Source: a virus
Lineage: Duplodnaviria > Caudoviricetes
DNA: 63,478 nt
Virus record (IMG/VR): IMGVR_UViG_3300009596_000001
Coordinates: 1 to 63,478 of that record
Reading direction: 5' to 3' (one strand)
Below the pieces are notes generated by a model. The model ran no database searches and was not told the origin of the DNA. It saw only the letters and a program-made list of their open reading frames with translations. Made by a program: the position numbers and the translations under genes. This document shows positions 44,326 through 58,600 of this stretch, in pieces. Each line of letters opens with the position of its first letter. Positions within the stretch are counted from its first letter, which is position 1.

Positions 44326-46611
44326 ATGAATGGCAACATTCAAGATTATCGCCTTCGTGTTCAGCAGGCGATAACCGACCCTTTTTCTCCCCCACCTAAT
44401 ATAAGCGAGATAATGGATATGCTTGGTGCGGGGAAAGCGCCATCTTTTGATGAAATCAGACAACAATACTTATCTTCCGCTCCTGAGTTTGCTGTTAACT
44501 TTTACCGCAACCTTAGGACGCCAGAAGGAGCCCAAAACTTTTTCCAGATGGCGTTTCGTTACCCTAAGACAGCGCAAAGGTTGCTTGGTGTTGTTCGGAT
44601 GTTTATTCCATTTGTCTTGCCTGCGGAAGAAATGCAAGCACGATTGGAATGGAATGAAAAAATTCGTGACGACACAAACGAAAAATTTGCTCGTGCACTA
44701 TCCATTCACAACACGATTATGGGATGGCGTGAGCAGAAATTGGCTGATATAGTTGATGGTTTGATTACAAGGTTTGGGGTTGCGACAGACCCAGAAACCT
44801 TTGCTCGGTTGTGGCAAGATATGAGTAGGTTTGTTGGAACTCCTTACTATGACAAGATATATCCTAATGCTGTTTTGAGTGCAACAAGGATTATGCGTTT
44901 GCGACCCGAAACGCAGTTGTGGTTTCAAAGGAATTTACCCCCAGATGTTTACAATGCTGCCATGACGATGGTTATAAACGAACGAAAGTATCAAGAATTT
45001 TTGGCGAGGATGATGGATATCTACATCACTGAAGCGGAACAATTTCTTGAAGGGTTGCGGGAGTTTGGGTTGGATGACAAAATGCTTGAGGCTGCTATAG
45101 GTGCAGCAAAAGAATTTTCGCAACTCGTTGCTACTATTCCAAGAGAAGAATTGGATGTTAAGATGGAAAATATATCCAAGCAACTTTTGTCCGCCATTAC
45201 AACCGCCAGTTATAAGGCTAAACCAACGATTGGGACAATGATAAATCAATTTACCCAACTTGTGACAGGGCTTATAAATCAGATTGGAACTGGAACAACG
45301 CAGACGGTCAACCAAGCCATGTCAGAGTTTAGCCGATTTGCCAACATTGTTGGTGGACGGGTTACAACAACCCTTGAAGTAGATAATCAAGGCAAAGTGC
45401 TGCTTACTTCTTGGGAGAAGATTTTGGATGAATTAGAAGAAAAAGTGAAGAGGATGATAGATAGGTTGGCAAAAACTGGGCTTTATCCGACAGAAACGCT
45501 GGAAATTCTTTTGTCGCATATTCAAGCCAAGAAGGGCGTAGTTCGGTTTGGTCGGCAGATGTTGACTGACCTTCAAAATGTGATGAACACTCCAGAGGTT
45601 ACGAATTTGCTGTCCAAGGCAGCGCAACAGCAGTTAACTCAAAAATTAAGGCGAGCACAATTAGATACTGCATTAACGAGATTGGCAGGTTTGCGCCAAG
45701 AATTACAAAGCAAGCAGTGGAAAAGCGAGTATGACAAATTACACCGGTTTTTCCAAGACACACGGGGTTATTTACAAACAATTTCATCTTGGTTAAAAAC
45801 ATTAACACCAAGAGATTTAACAGATAAGGATGTTACATCTGTTTTACGGTCGGCTTTGAATATGGCAAGGATTGCTGCCAACCCAGAAACGGCAAGATAC
45901 TTAGGACCGGGAGTAGACGAGCAACTTAGAAGCAGGATACTTGCCGACATAGATGCGGCGTTGGCGCAATTAAACCAAGCAGAAGGAAAACATGCAAGTC
46001 CGCAACAATTGCAGGGGCTTCTAAATCACCTTAACAATTTAGTTCCCAGATTGTTGAATATCTTAGACCAAACCTACACAGCGATGTATAATCTCTTACA
46101 AGCCCAGAACATCTTACCGACGACATCAAGTTTACCGCCAAGTGCATTGCAATATGGTGGGTTGTTGCCTTATATTGGGCAACAACAAGCGCAGCCAGAA
46201 ATCCATATCCATGTTGAAGGTGCTCAACAAGGTCAACAACCCGTTCCTATTATGCCAGCGCCTTATGGCGGGCAATACATTGGTGACCCTACTTGGGCAA
46301 CAGGTGGGGGAGTGACTGGCGAAACGAAAGGCAAGAAGCAAACTACTCAAACTCCCGTCAAACCGACTATACAACCGACTACCAAACCAATTACTAAACC
46401 GACTACCCAGCCAACTACTAAACCGACTACCCAGCCAACTACTAAACCGACTACCCAGCCAACTACTAAACCGACTGCTAAACCAACTACCAAACCAACT
46501 ACCCAAACACCAATTTCAGGCAGACGGAGAACAACAAGTAGACCTGAACAAAAAACATTCTGGCAACGATTAATGGAATTCTTAGAAAAACACCCGGGAT
46601 TTATTTACTAA
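44326..46611 (+). CDS. Internal virion protein with C-terminal PTTK/PTTQ repeats
   Basis: 761 aa, helical; mucin-like tail. Confidence 0.7.
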   Translation: MNGNIQDYRLRVQQAITDPFSPPPNISEIMDMLGAGKAPSFDEIRQQYLSSAPEFAVNFYRNLRTPEGAQNFFQMAFRYPKTAQRLLGVVRMFIPFVLPAEEMQARLEWNEKIRDDTNEKFARALSIHNTIMGWREQKLADIVDGLITRFGVATDPETFARLWQDMSRFVGTPYYDKIYPNAVLSATRIMRLRPETQLWFQRNLPPDVYNAAMTMVINERKYQEFLARMMDIYITEAEQFLEGLREFGLDDKMLEAAIGAAKEFSQLVATIPREELDVKMENISKQLLSAITTASYKAKPTIGTMINQFTQLVTGLINQIGTGTTQTVNQAMSEFSRFANIVGGRVTTTLEVDNQGKVLLTSWEKILDELEEKVKRMIDRLAKTGLYPTETLEILLSHIQAKKGVVRFGRQMLTDLQNVMNTPEVTNLLSKAAQQQLTQKLRRAQLDTALTRLAGLRQELQSKQWKSEYDKLHRFFQDTRGYLQTISSWLKTLTPRDLTDKDVTSVLRSALNMARIAANPETARYLGPGVDEQLRSRILADIDAALAQLNQAEGKHASPQQLQGLLNHLNNLVPRLLNILDQTYTAMYNLLQAQNILPTTSSLPPSALQYGGLLPYIGQQQAQPEIHIHVEGAQQGQQPVPIMPAPYGGQYIGDPTWATGGGVTGETKGKKQTTQTPVKPTIQPTTKPITKPTTQPTTKPTTQPTTKPTTQPTTKPTAKPTTKPTTQTPISGRRRTTSRPEQKTFWQRLMEFLEKHPGFIY
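46360..46510 (+). repeat. Coding tandem repeat (12/24-bp units, PTTQPTTK)
   Basis: CCGACTACCCAGCCAACTACTAAA x3 plus degenerate copies. Confidence 0.9.
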
Positions 46612-46640
46612 CCAATACTTGAATATTGGAGGTGTGAATT

Positions 46641-49600
46641 GTGAGGAAGCAAAGGACGGATGTATTTGACAAGAACTTCGTTGCGTCTATGCTCTTTGAG
46701 GAAGGGTTGCGAGCGGGTGTTCCACTGCCTTCCTTGTTCAGTTGGTTCTACATTATGAACTTGGAAGGTGGCAGCCCCTATGCTGTCACTGTAGAAGGCA
46801 ATAAAACACGCTCTTACGGTCCTTTCCAGATTAACGATGTCCATGCAGAAGAAATTCGGAAAATGGGTTTGCGGTTTCCGCAGGATATTTATGCAACAAG
46901 AGATTTGCCGCCAGAAGAAGTCAGGCGGCGCATACAGAACCACATTCGTTATGTCATTCAAAGAGACAAGCAAATTCGTGAGCGGTTGAAGGCATTGAAC
47001 CCTCAACTTTACAATGCTGTTTTTAATGTAGAGTTCGGACAAGTTAACCCTATGGCTTTACAGCATTTGATTGGATATTACATGGCTTCTTGGAATGCCC
47101 CTGCTTTTGCCGACAATGTAGCAAGGGGCGACTTTAGACCATTAGCACCGGGTGTTGCTGTCTATCGGCTTGCTGATGCAAGACGAAGGCAAGAAGCCTT
47201 CCGAGAAGCAATTCAGATGTGGCAAAACATTACGCAAAGTTATGTAAGACAACAATCGGAGAGGGTGTATGGTGAAGTTTCAAAGGCTATTTCTGCAGCA
47301 CTTGATGCCGGGCGAATTCGTGTCAGGACAGGTAGGGTGCCAGTTTCTGCTGTTTCACCTTATCAAATCCGAGATGCCATCGTTCCCAATGTGATTTCCG
47401 TTATTCCCCAAGTAAGTCAAGCCGCTAAGATGTTATCGCCAGAACATATCCGAAGATTACGACAAGAATTTCCAGAAGTAGAGAGTATGATACCCGTGAC
47501 GACCAAGACCCCTCATGAATATGTTGCTGCGTTGTCTCTTATCGGCGAACTTGCAAAACAACGAACCGAATTTGCTCAAGCGTGGAACTTGTTGCCTAAA
47601 CCTGTCAGACAACAAATCCTGTCAACTATTGTAAATTACAGCCACAAAGTTAGTGGGGCAAGGGATGAAAAAGCCAAAAAGAGAATGATTGTTGAGGCGA
47701 CGACCCAATTAGCGGCGATGCTTACCCCTCGGGGTGCTGTAGAAGAAACCAAGCGGTTTGCATCGGCGTTAGGTCAGGAAGTATGGGGCTTCATCACTGG
47801 AGTTGTAAAAGAAGCAGTATCAATTCCTGCTATATTTGTTGCAGCGGCTAAGAGTGGCGAATTAAAGAAGGTTTGGTCTTACTTGGACAAGGTTAGGTCA
47901 ACAAGAAAGGGAGTAGATAAAGTTGCTGCCGAAATTGCTTATGCCGCTGTTCATAACAATCCCGCCATTTCATTTGCTTGGGGTGGAATTGTAAAAGGGT
48001 TGGCACATATGGTTGGCTCAGTTCTTGTAGGAATTCCCGAAAAGATATTTGAGTATGTGCCCGATAAAGTGCCGGGCGCAAAGGTTATAAAGCAAAAACT
48101 ACAGGAAGCACTTCAATTTATTGATAAGTCGCTCGGTCCTATGATAGTTTCTGAAAGCATCAAACTGTCCAAAGACCCCAATTTCAGAAAGCAACACTTA
48201 GACGATGCTGTTATGTTCCTTGCTGCGTCGGGTTTAAGACATTTGTTGGATGTTCGTGCGGGTAGATATATTCCAACAGAACAAGGATGGGAACTTTATA
48301 CTGCTACACTCTTGCAAGGTAGAGTTTACGAGATTTTGAACAACGCCTTACGCACTCAGACTGGCGACCACTGGGCATTTAGGTTAATATCAGAAGCCAA
48401 CTTAACAGATTACAGGGCAACGGGTCCGCTTATCGGGATATTTGCTACTGGCGGTTTGTTAGGTGCTGCAAAACTTGCAAGAATGGCTTTAAGCGGGATA
48501 AAGGCAGCAGAAGCACCTGTTGCTGCAGCAGCGCTTGCTGAAACTGGAAACCTTGAAGCGGCGTTAATGATAGGGCGTGGGTTGGGTAACTTGACAGCAA
48601 GGCAAAGATTGGTTCACGGCGCTCTTGCAACCGCACAAGCGATTATTACCCCCGGGCATATGTTTGAACGCTTTTTCACAAGGGTTGGGTTGAATACTGC
48701 TTTGAAGCGGATGGGGATTGATGGCATTGAAGGGCTTAGGGCAATTGCTGCAACTGAAGGTTATCAAGCAGCATTAGACATTCTCCATCAAGTTGCTCCC
48801 AAAGTCTCTGGCTTTTCCAAAATTGCCAGTTCCTTTATCACAGGTGCTGCTTACACTTGGGGCGGGATGCCATCACACTTCAGTAGTCCCGGGGAAGCAA
48901 TAGGTCACTTTGTTGGCGGGACGCTCGTCAATATGCTGTTTGACTTACCTTACATCTATCACGGCAGTGTGGAATTAATCAAAGGCACAAAGAAGCCAAG
49001 GCATGAAATTCTTCGTAACCCTGCTTTTGCCCCTATCATTGCAGCGGTTTATGAGGAAGGTTTTATCCAACAAGCGCTACGAAATCCTGATATATTCAAG
49101 ATGTTTATAGACCCCCGCATTTTAACCCGCTTACATGCTGTTGCTGACCTTAACGCAATGGAGCGCACATTCACTCCCAAGAAACAAAGTCGGGCGTTGT
49201 TTGTGTTGAACATTCCCACCGAAAACGAAGTAAGGACATCAAAGCGAATTGAGGAAACATATGCAAGGGCATATGAAGCCCTGCCACCAAGCGATGTTGA
49301 ACTTGTGGGGCGCATGTTGCACGCTTATAAACTGTTTGAAGACGCAAAAGAAGCGGCGAGAAAGAAACACAAGTTACCCCAAGATGTTGAAAAGCCTGAA
49401 GATATGACTATAGAGGAGTGGCATCGTGAAATTGTAAGAATTTGGGGCGAAAAGATGTTTAAGGAGCAGGTTTGGGGCAAGAAGTTTGATATTAGGGATT
49501 TGGCGAAGGCTACAGCAGCACTTCACATTTTAACCCATGCAAGGTGGTTTGCCGACTTCTTCTATTCCGAAGACCCAGAAGCAGCACAACAAATGTTTAG

Positions 49601-52600
49601 GCAGGTTTTGTGGTATGGGCTTAACCGATTGCGCAGCGCTTTGGATGCGGTTAAAGATGTAAAGCCTCATACAGCGGTTGAGGAAGATAACTTGTATCAC
49701 AGCATTGTTGACCGGTTTATATCGGAGTTTTATGGCGGATTTCCCGTCATCGGAGAGTTGATGAAGTCATTGATGGCTCATCAACTAACGCTGTTTGGCG
49801 CTGTCAAAATTGCAGAGGGGGCGAAGATAGCAGGAAAATCCCCTGAAATGCTTGTAGAGCAAGCAGATATTGCAATAAGGGAAATGAACAGAATTTTCAT
49901 GCGTAACTTACCCGAGTATCTTATCCGATATACTCAAGGGTTAAGTGTTGAAGGTGTGCGTGAGTTGTGGGAGAAAACCGTTGAGCCAGAAATGAAGCAA
50001 CAAATTAGTTTGGTTGTTGAACCATCCACTATCGTAACCTATGCAAAGGAACTTCTTGATGAACTGACCGCTAAACTTAGGAAGGGTAGGGCTGCCGCTC
50101 AATTCGTGACACCTTGGCGGCGGATGATTAGAGCCCTTAATGCTTTGGATGCAGCAATTCGGGCAGAAAAAAGGCAACAAGAAGCAAAGAAATTTGCCGA
50201 AGAAAAGGCAATAGAAGAAGTGATGAAGGCACAACAAGCAGCAGAAGGTCAAGTTACAGGAGAAGCGCCTGTTCAAGAGCCCACAACAATTGAAGTTCCG
50301 CCCGAACAAAAACTTACCCAACAACCTACGGTTGAGCAAGTTGAAAAACCCACTACACCACACGGCGAGGGCATTATTCGGGCGGGAGTGACTTACCCTG
50401 CTGTGTCTTCGTTGCTAAAACCTGCGGAGTATGTTCCCATGCGAAGATGGACGGACATGCGTGACTGGGGCGATGACTATCTTCCCGCTCCAATGATGGA
50501 AGACAAAATAACGGTATTGCCTAACGAAATGTGGCGGAATGCTTGGATGTCCCTTCCGGAAAGACCCGCAAATATAGAAGAATACATACGGGCTCTTGAC
50601 ATTGCAACAACAAGTTTTGCTTTGTCCTTCTTTATGCATCCCGAAGTTCAACCTAAATTCTTCGGTAGCCATATACCTTCTATAGCAATTGTTTCTGCCG
50701 ACTTAGCCCGAAAGATAAAAGAAAACCCTTACTATACATCGCAATTTCACATTGTTGCTGTAGACGCCGGTCCAGTCCAAGAAAGAAGCCCTTATGAAAC
50801 CGATGAAGTGTTGTTGATAATGGGGAGTAACCAACACTGGACGCCAGAAAGTTTGCGAAGGTTTGCTCAAAGTGTTCAGACTATATTCTGGAGCCAAAAA
50901 ATACCTCACGAATTTTGGGAGTTCGTTTTGGATGCGTGGAGCAGGGTGGACAAGAAGGATATGCCTAACATCGTGCGCTTTTTGTTCGCTGCATTACCGG
51001 GGATTAATGAAACTCCCATCCTAAGGCAAAGAATGGGATTGGATAACGATGCTGTTTGGGAGAGAGTAGTAGAATTCATCAACGAAGACCCTGAATTCTT
51101 CTATGGAGATTGGCTGAAAAAGAACATAGAAGAGATTGTGAATGGCATAATCCAACGGGAACTTACTCATTTTGGTGTAAGTCCAGCCTTTAACTTACCT
51201 GAACGGGTTATTGACGGGTTGCGAGCAGCCCGAAGCATTTTCCCCTTAGAAACTCCCTATCAAGCAATAGCAAATGCGATGCTTATAATTTCTGCAACCC
51301 CAATTAGAAGCGAATATCACTCAAGAATGTTGAAATCTCCCGCTGCATATCTTGTGAAAGCGCTTGTTCCAGACACAGTAAGGGGAGATTGGCGTGAAAC
51401 AATGAGGACAATCAGGGAACAATTTTTCATTCCCTATTTGCAAGCATACTTGTTTGGTTCAAGGCGTGAGGGTAAAGTAGAAGTGGTTGAAGGCGAATGG
51501 GATATTCGGGTTGACCGAAACACCAATACAGTTGTATTTTCCATCCCGCCAGAAGAAGAAGCCTCGTTCTGGGCATATTATGCACTTGCCGTTCAAACCG
51601 CATCTGAATTTTATGATACCCGTTACTTGTTACCTTCTCGGACTTCACCTTCTCGTGCTGATTTGTTCAACTTCTCCCCACCAAGATTGTTTGAAGAGTT
51701 TATCCGGTCACGGGCACCGCAACAGGTTGTTGATAAGTTAGAGCAGGTTAGCGAAATTGCACAATTGGGTAGGATTAATGAACTTAGAGGGATTAGCCTT
51801 GAGCCCATAGATGTAGCAGTAGAGTATCAATCAATCGCAGGATTTGCTTGGGCTGTTCCAGAAGTAACGGCAAGTATAATAAGAAGCCACACTGAATATT
51901 TGCGTGACATTTTAAGGCATGATTTGAGTAGAAGTCCGGAGTTGTTGCGGGTAATAGAAAGGATTAGTGGGAAAGAGGGGTTGGATAATGTCGTTGAATG
52001 GCTTGAAAAGAACATTCAGGTGTTGTTGATTGCCCAAAGCATGGCGCCAGTCGCATTCACCTTAGGACCCGCACACGACCTGCCAATTGCAGGTGCTTTT
52101 ATCCCTCATAGTTTTTCACATCCAGCAAGACCGCTGAAGTCTTTCCTGTGGTTTAGCACACTGAGTTCATTAATATCAAAAAGCCTTCACGAAGTATTTC
52201 ACCTTATTACCCATGTAGACGAGCAACCCACTTTCAGGACATTAGTTGACGCTTTAAACAGGGCGGAACCAGAAACAAGAAGGAACGCCATCCTATTTAT
52301 TTTGAATTTGGCAGACCAATTATTATCGGCTGGAACTAAATGGGCTTCTCTATATGGAGTATCTCTCCTTTATTTGCTCAAATCCATAGACCCACAACTC
52401 GGAAAGTTAAGCAGAGCAGTTATCCCTATAAGTGGCGACTTCTATGATGGTGTGATTTCAGCACTTAACGGGTTAGAAAGTAGGGTTAGAGATTTGGCAA
52501 AACCCTTGGGAATTGATGCTGATGTTATGTTTAGACCCTTGTTTGATGTTACGGGTCGGTTGAAAGATATGCTTGAAATGTCCAAGCGGTTGGCAGCGAT

Positions 52601-55600
52601 GGTTTCTGATGGTTTGGGTGTGACATTCACCCAAACCGTTGAAACCGCAAGGGCATTCTTGGAGATGGTTGAACAAGGAACTTTTGTAGACCCGCAACTG
52701 TTTGCTCAATTTGCTCGGGCTTATCCCGAACAAGCAGCACTAATTCGGCAGGTAATAACTGAACAGGTTGTTAACGCTGACCTTAAAGCAATAAAAGATA
52801 TGGTGGATTACTACGATACTACAAACACACCTATTGATGCCGTAGAATACTTTGCAAGGCGAGAGGGAATTCCCTTAGACGAGGTTTTTCGTCACCGAGA
52901 ATATTTACTTGACCCAACTGAAATAATGTCTTATTGGGGTTATGATTTTAGCGCTATTATACAGTTTCTTGCCAGCAAATACCCCGACGAATTTGCAGCA
53001 TTTGTGGAAGTGTTGTCGCAGGTTTATCCTGCAAGCGAGCGACTTGTTAGCGATGCTTTTGTAGAGTTAGTAAGGTCGCCTATGACGGCTCAATTGTATG
53101 ACCAAGCAGTGCAGTATATTCGGCAATTAGGCTTAGATACGGTATTCAACCCTCGTGAATGCATCAAAGCAATGTTTGCCCTTTCGGCAAGGCTTGGTCA
53201 AAATATAAACTTGTTGGACATAATTACGCCGTTAATGGACAAAATCGTAGATGACACTACTGCAAGGTGGTTGTATGCAGGAATATCTCCTATTATTCCG
53301 ACGACTTTGCCGCATAGACGGTTTTATGCGAAAGGACCGTCGGCTGTTGAAGAGGCTATGAAACGATTTCCTGAATTGTTTGAACCAAAAGAAGAACCGA
53401 CAGTGGAACCAAAAGAAGAACCGAAAGTGGAAGAACCTAAACCCGAAGAAGTAACTAAGCCGCCAGAGGCTCCAGAAGAAGACAGGACAGCAGAAATTCT
53501 CCAGAAAATTATGTATAGAACAGTTCTACCGCAAGAAACCGTCCAAACCCTCATGAAATTGGCAAAAGCGCCATTGCCTCAAATTAGAAGCATATCGGAA
53601 CTTCAAAGTAGGCTAAGAGAGGCGATGGAGCGATTTGTTGTTGAAATGGAAGCGGGCGTAAAGGTTCGGTATGATGATTTTATGATGAAAACCATAGCGG
53701 AACTACCAGACGATATTTCTTACCCTCAATTCTTAGCGCAAGCGGCATTACGAAAAAGTAATGTAGACCCCGTTGCGAGATTATTGCTCACCGACGAAAG
53801 ATATGAAAGGGCTCGTGTCATTGCCTTGTCCCTAACTGCACAAGTGTTTGAAATTTTCCGAAGTATGGGCTTCTTGCATCCGTTGTCCGAAGCGGTTAAC
53901 TTTATGCAAGAAAGGACTGGCGGTTGGACTAAGCGGATGGTAAATGCAATTTCGGCAAGATTGGGTGCGTATTGGAATGTAGTAGAACAGTTCTTGACCG
54001 AAGGTGAACAGAATAGAAGGCTACAAAGAAGGATACTCGGCGAAATAGGGGTAAAGCCACTAAGCGCCAAAGAACTTGGAGTATTCTTGTTCACAAAGGC
54101 TATGGAAGATATCCAATTCATCGCCCTCAAATATGCTGACCAACTGTTGACACAAATAGAACAAACCTACACACGAAGGGTAAGGGAAGCAGTTCGTAGC
54201 GAACGACCATCACTGCGAAGGCGGTTAATCTCTTTGTTGGAGAAGAATTTGTTGCCCTATATAGACAGAAGCGACGCTGAATTAGAAGGTGTCCTTAGTA
54301 GAGCAGCAGATGCTGTCGTCAAACTCAGTAGGCAACCTTACAAAGAATATCTTCCAATTCAAGTTGATGAGGGGCAAGTATTGGCGCAAGTTGCGGAGAA
54401 ACTGAAGATAATTACCGCAACTTTGAAGCAACATCCCCCAGAAAACCGACCTGCCGTTTTGAGGCGATTGATTGGAGGAATTTTGGATAGGGCTGTCTTG
54501 GCAACATTCTCCAGAAAGTTTACCGAAAAAGAGCGGGCACACTTGCGTGGGTTGTTGGCACACGCTATTGTAAACGATATCATCAATTTCACCTACAGCG
54601 ACAGAGTGTTGAGCACTCTTACCGAAAATATTGCTGCGATGAATGCGATGTTAAGGCGCAGGTTAGTCCCCAATCCATTCTCCAGCGCAGAACAATTTGC
54701 TAAGTTTAATGGGTTACCAGCAGAGGCTGTAAATGTCGTCTTGCGGCGTGGACGAGAGAAATGGCGTGAATTTGTTGAAAACTTGTATTCCTACAGGTCA
54801 CTTGCTGATGTTTGGAAAGCAATCGGTAATTTTGTGTCAGAAGTATCGGCTATAAAAACCCATCATCAAATTGATGTAAATCCGTTCGGCGAATTCATGC
54901 TTATGTATGCAAGGGACATTGTTGTCCCCAAAGAAAGATGGGAACCGCCAGAGACAGCGTTACCGCCACTTACAACAAGGGATGAGGTCAATCGTGTAGC
55001 AGAAACTCTGCCTTTTTCCTACGCAGAATTAGCCAGAGAACCTTCCGATGTAGTGCAACTGTTTGTGGGCTTCAAGAATGTGCTGTCCGAAGTGATGGGT
55101 TGGATGTCCCGAATTCTTCAATCTGAAATGTCTTACGAACCGCCAGAAACTTTCCAACCGCCAAGGACATTCCGTAGTATTTTCTACCCTGTTTTAGAGC
55201 CAGACAAACTGTTCAAACATCCAGTAGCATTATCCAGCGACCGCATAGTGATTGTTGCATTAGTCCATGACATACTTTCTGACATTTTACATGGAAGCGA
55301 AAAAGACAGCGCTTGGGAGCGTGGCGTTTACGATGCAATACTCAGAAACCTTTCCAGTTTCCACAAAGGCGCTCTAAAGAACCCAGCAGCAGTGACAAGG
55401 CTTGAGGGTGACGAAGCGGTCTTATGGGGTTATGCCAAAGAAATACTCAAAACAGATAATACCGTAATTCAGGATTTACAGGCATTGGGCTATGGAATTG
55501 CAGATGCATACATAACCCAAATTACAATGGGAGAAGCCATTGACATATTCGCCTTCATGCAAGAAAGAATTCAGCGTGGACTTGCGGAAATAATTCAGCG

Positions 55601-58600
55601 CCACCCGAAGATTACTGACTTATTGTCCCAAATTAGGGGAAGTGACCCAGAGAAAGCCCAAAAATTCAGGGACATCCTTGAAGGCATTACTATGTCCTAT
55701 ATTGCAGAAAAATTGACTTCTGAGTTGATTAAAGAACGTAAACCCAAACACATTCACAAACCTTGGGAAGAATTGCTAACCGAAGAGGACAGACAACTCT
55801 TCAATGAGTTACGAAACACTTTCTCCATACTTAACCTTGCAGCCGTTTTTGACAGGGCTGATAGGATATCCAGAAGACTGCTTTGGACTGACCCGCAGGA
55901 TGTCCGAGCACATCAACTTTTTGAGTTCTTGGATGCCGCTTGGCACTACAAGATTATGCAGCCTATCCGCAGGTTACCTGTTTACCGATACTCACAGACA
56001 GCATCTCTTATTGAAAATGCACAATTTGTCTTGAGCGCTTTACCTTCTTTGCTTGAACGAGGGCTTATTTCAATAGCCGACAGGAACAAGGCAGAAGTGG
56101 CACTGAGGAAATTCCTTGAAGATGCTTCCCAACTGGAGAGAGACCCTCAAGGTAGGTTAATCATGCCTGTTGAAATAGCAAATAACTTGTTTAGGGCTTT
56201 GAATGAACTCGGTGCAAAAGTTTTCAGAATGCTTGCTTATAATACTGCAAGGGTAGAAATTCCCGCTAAAGACCAACACACCCTTGAATTTAGATATTTC
56301 GGAGATTTGGTGGCGTTTGCCAAAGCGAGGTCTATCCTCGGGTTTGAATACGGCAAAAGGCTTAAGGAATTCTACGAAGCATATAACCAACTATACCACC
56401 AAATTCCGCAAAGCATGCGCAGAGGAATTCCCACCCCAGAAAACCTTACCAGAGTGGCTGCTGCAGCGGCTCTGGAAAGCGTTGAATATGTTTTGAACAC
56501 ATCCAAGATAGACGAAAATGTGTTGACGCAACCGATAATTGAAGTTATCGCTGGGATGTTCCAGAAAATTTTCGCTTACTACGACAACCAATTCAAACAA
56601 CTCCGCAGCAGATTTGCAACACCGCAGACAATGGAAGAGGGTAAAAGGGTAGTAGTAAAAGGAGAAGATATGATGGTGTATGCTCATCACTTCAAAACAA
56701 CTGCGGATGAATTCATCAAAGCCATCACAGGGTTGGGCAACTTGTTTAATCTGTATCACCAAGTGTTGGACTTCTCGCAAAAAGAATATCCCAGAACCAT
56801 TGGTGTTGAGTATATGTTAGAAGACCTGATAAATGCTTGGATAACTTTTGGGGCACCACGGCGGGAAATTCGCAGAAAGCAACTTGACGACATTCGGAAG
56901 CAACTTGAAGCCGTAAATGAGTATGATTTACCTGAAGAAGAAAGCATAAAGATAGAGCACATTATAAGCAGTCTTGATGAGGAAAATATATGGGGGATGA
57001 TTATAGGCGTAGAGGATGAAGAAACTGGCGAAATCAAAAGATACGGGTTGCACCACCTTTCTGAAAAGACACTCAACCTTCCCGAGATAAGGGAAGTCGT
57101 CAATATTCTCTTGGAATACTACCGCCATAGGATGACACATTGGCTTATTGGACAGAGAATTGGTCATTTCCCAGCACCCGTCAAAGAAGCAATCATAGAA
57201 ACATTGAGGGCTATTGCTGAACAAAGACAATCAGCGAAAAGGCAGATAGAGCAAATTACACAGACGCTGGAGAGAATGGATGCTGGTAGAATACTTACCA
57301 AATTCTTGTATGCACTCAGCGCTGGCGCTACTCTGGCTACAGTAGCACCCTACATCCCTGAATTGGTCTTCAATGTATTCCCCGCAATGTTGCATGATAT
57401 CGGCAGGGGTATTTCGCAAATGGTTCACCTGTCCATGACGAACCCAATGTGGGTAACCACAATGTTAGGCGGCGCTCTTGCTTTGTTGTTCCGCTCACGA
57501 AGGCTCGGCGGAATTTCCAACATCTTGGGTGGCTTACTTGTAAGTATTTCAAGATGGATGAACACCCAGTTGCCCAACATTAGACAAGCGTTGCAGGGTG
57601 TGGGTAGTGAAATAGTGAACAAGATTACGACTTCAATGGGTAGTTATTGGGGTGCGCTTGCTGCAGCGTTAGTTAATTCCATTGAAGTTCCAAGCGTTTA
57701 TAATGACATCCTTGTGGCGCAAATGACTGCTAATACAGTCAATCAAATGACCTTCAAGGGTAGTTTTCCCGGTTCTGGAAAGCCATCACGGCAGATGGCG
57801 GAAGATATCGTAAACCATTCTTGGGCAAGTGCAGTATTACAACAAGGTTCGTTGCTTGGTGCTGCAATTCACGATTTGGCAAAGGCAACCGAAGCAAGGC
57901 TCATCATGAAGCATGGCATCCCTGAATTTTTGCAAAATCCCAACAAACAAGAAAGTTTGATTTGGGACTTGGCTGTTTTGAAGGCTTTGTCGTTACTGTC
58001 CCGTCACGGTCAAGCGGCACTGCAACAACCCTTCAAAAACTTCTACAAACGCTCCCCAATCGCTTTGGCTGCAGCGTCGGTTATAGACCCTGCAACAGGA
58101 CAAAGAGTTAGATTGGCTTTAACGACAAATGTAGCAGAAGTAACCATCCAAGGCACAAAGGTGGTGCTGGATAATGTTACTTTGGGAGATGTTATTCGGT
58201 ATGGGTTAGGAGGCGTTACTACAGCGGATGTAGATGCCCTCTTTAACGCAACAAGTCCAGCAGCATTCAAAGCGGCATTGAGGCGATTGTATTCAAACCA
58301 CCGTGCTGCTTTGCAGCATCGGATTAGAACTGGCTTATTGGCTCACATGGATGAAAAGTCCGTTCAAGCAATTCGCTTCGTTTCCGATTGGATATTGCCT
58401 ATCGCCAAAGGTTTGATGCTGCCCAAAGAAAAACCTTACTTGGCTGTTGCCCTCGCAAACAGCAGAGAGGCTCAGTTGGCGTATCTGATGAATTTGCGAT
58501 ATCTACAACTTATCATGTCTCTTCCGTTTACCCGTGACCTTCTGGCTCCGTTGGGATTTGACGCCAACAGTTTGGCAAGGGAGTTAAATGCTGTATGGAG

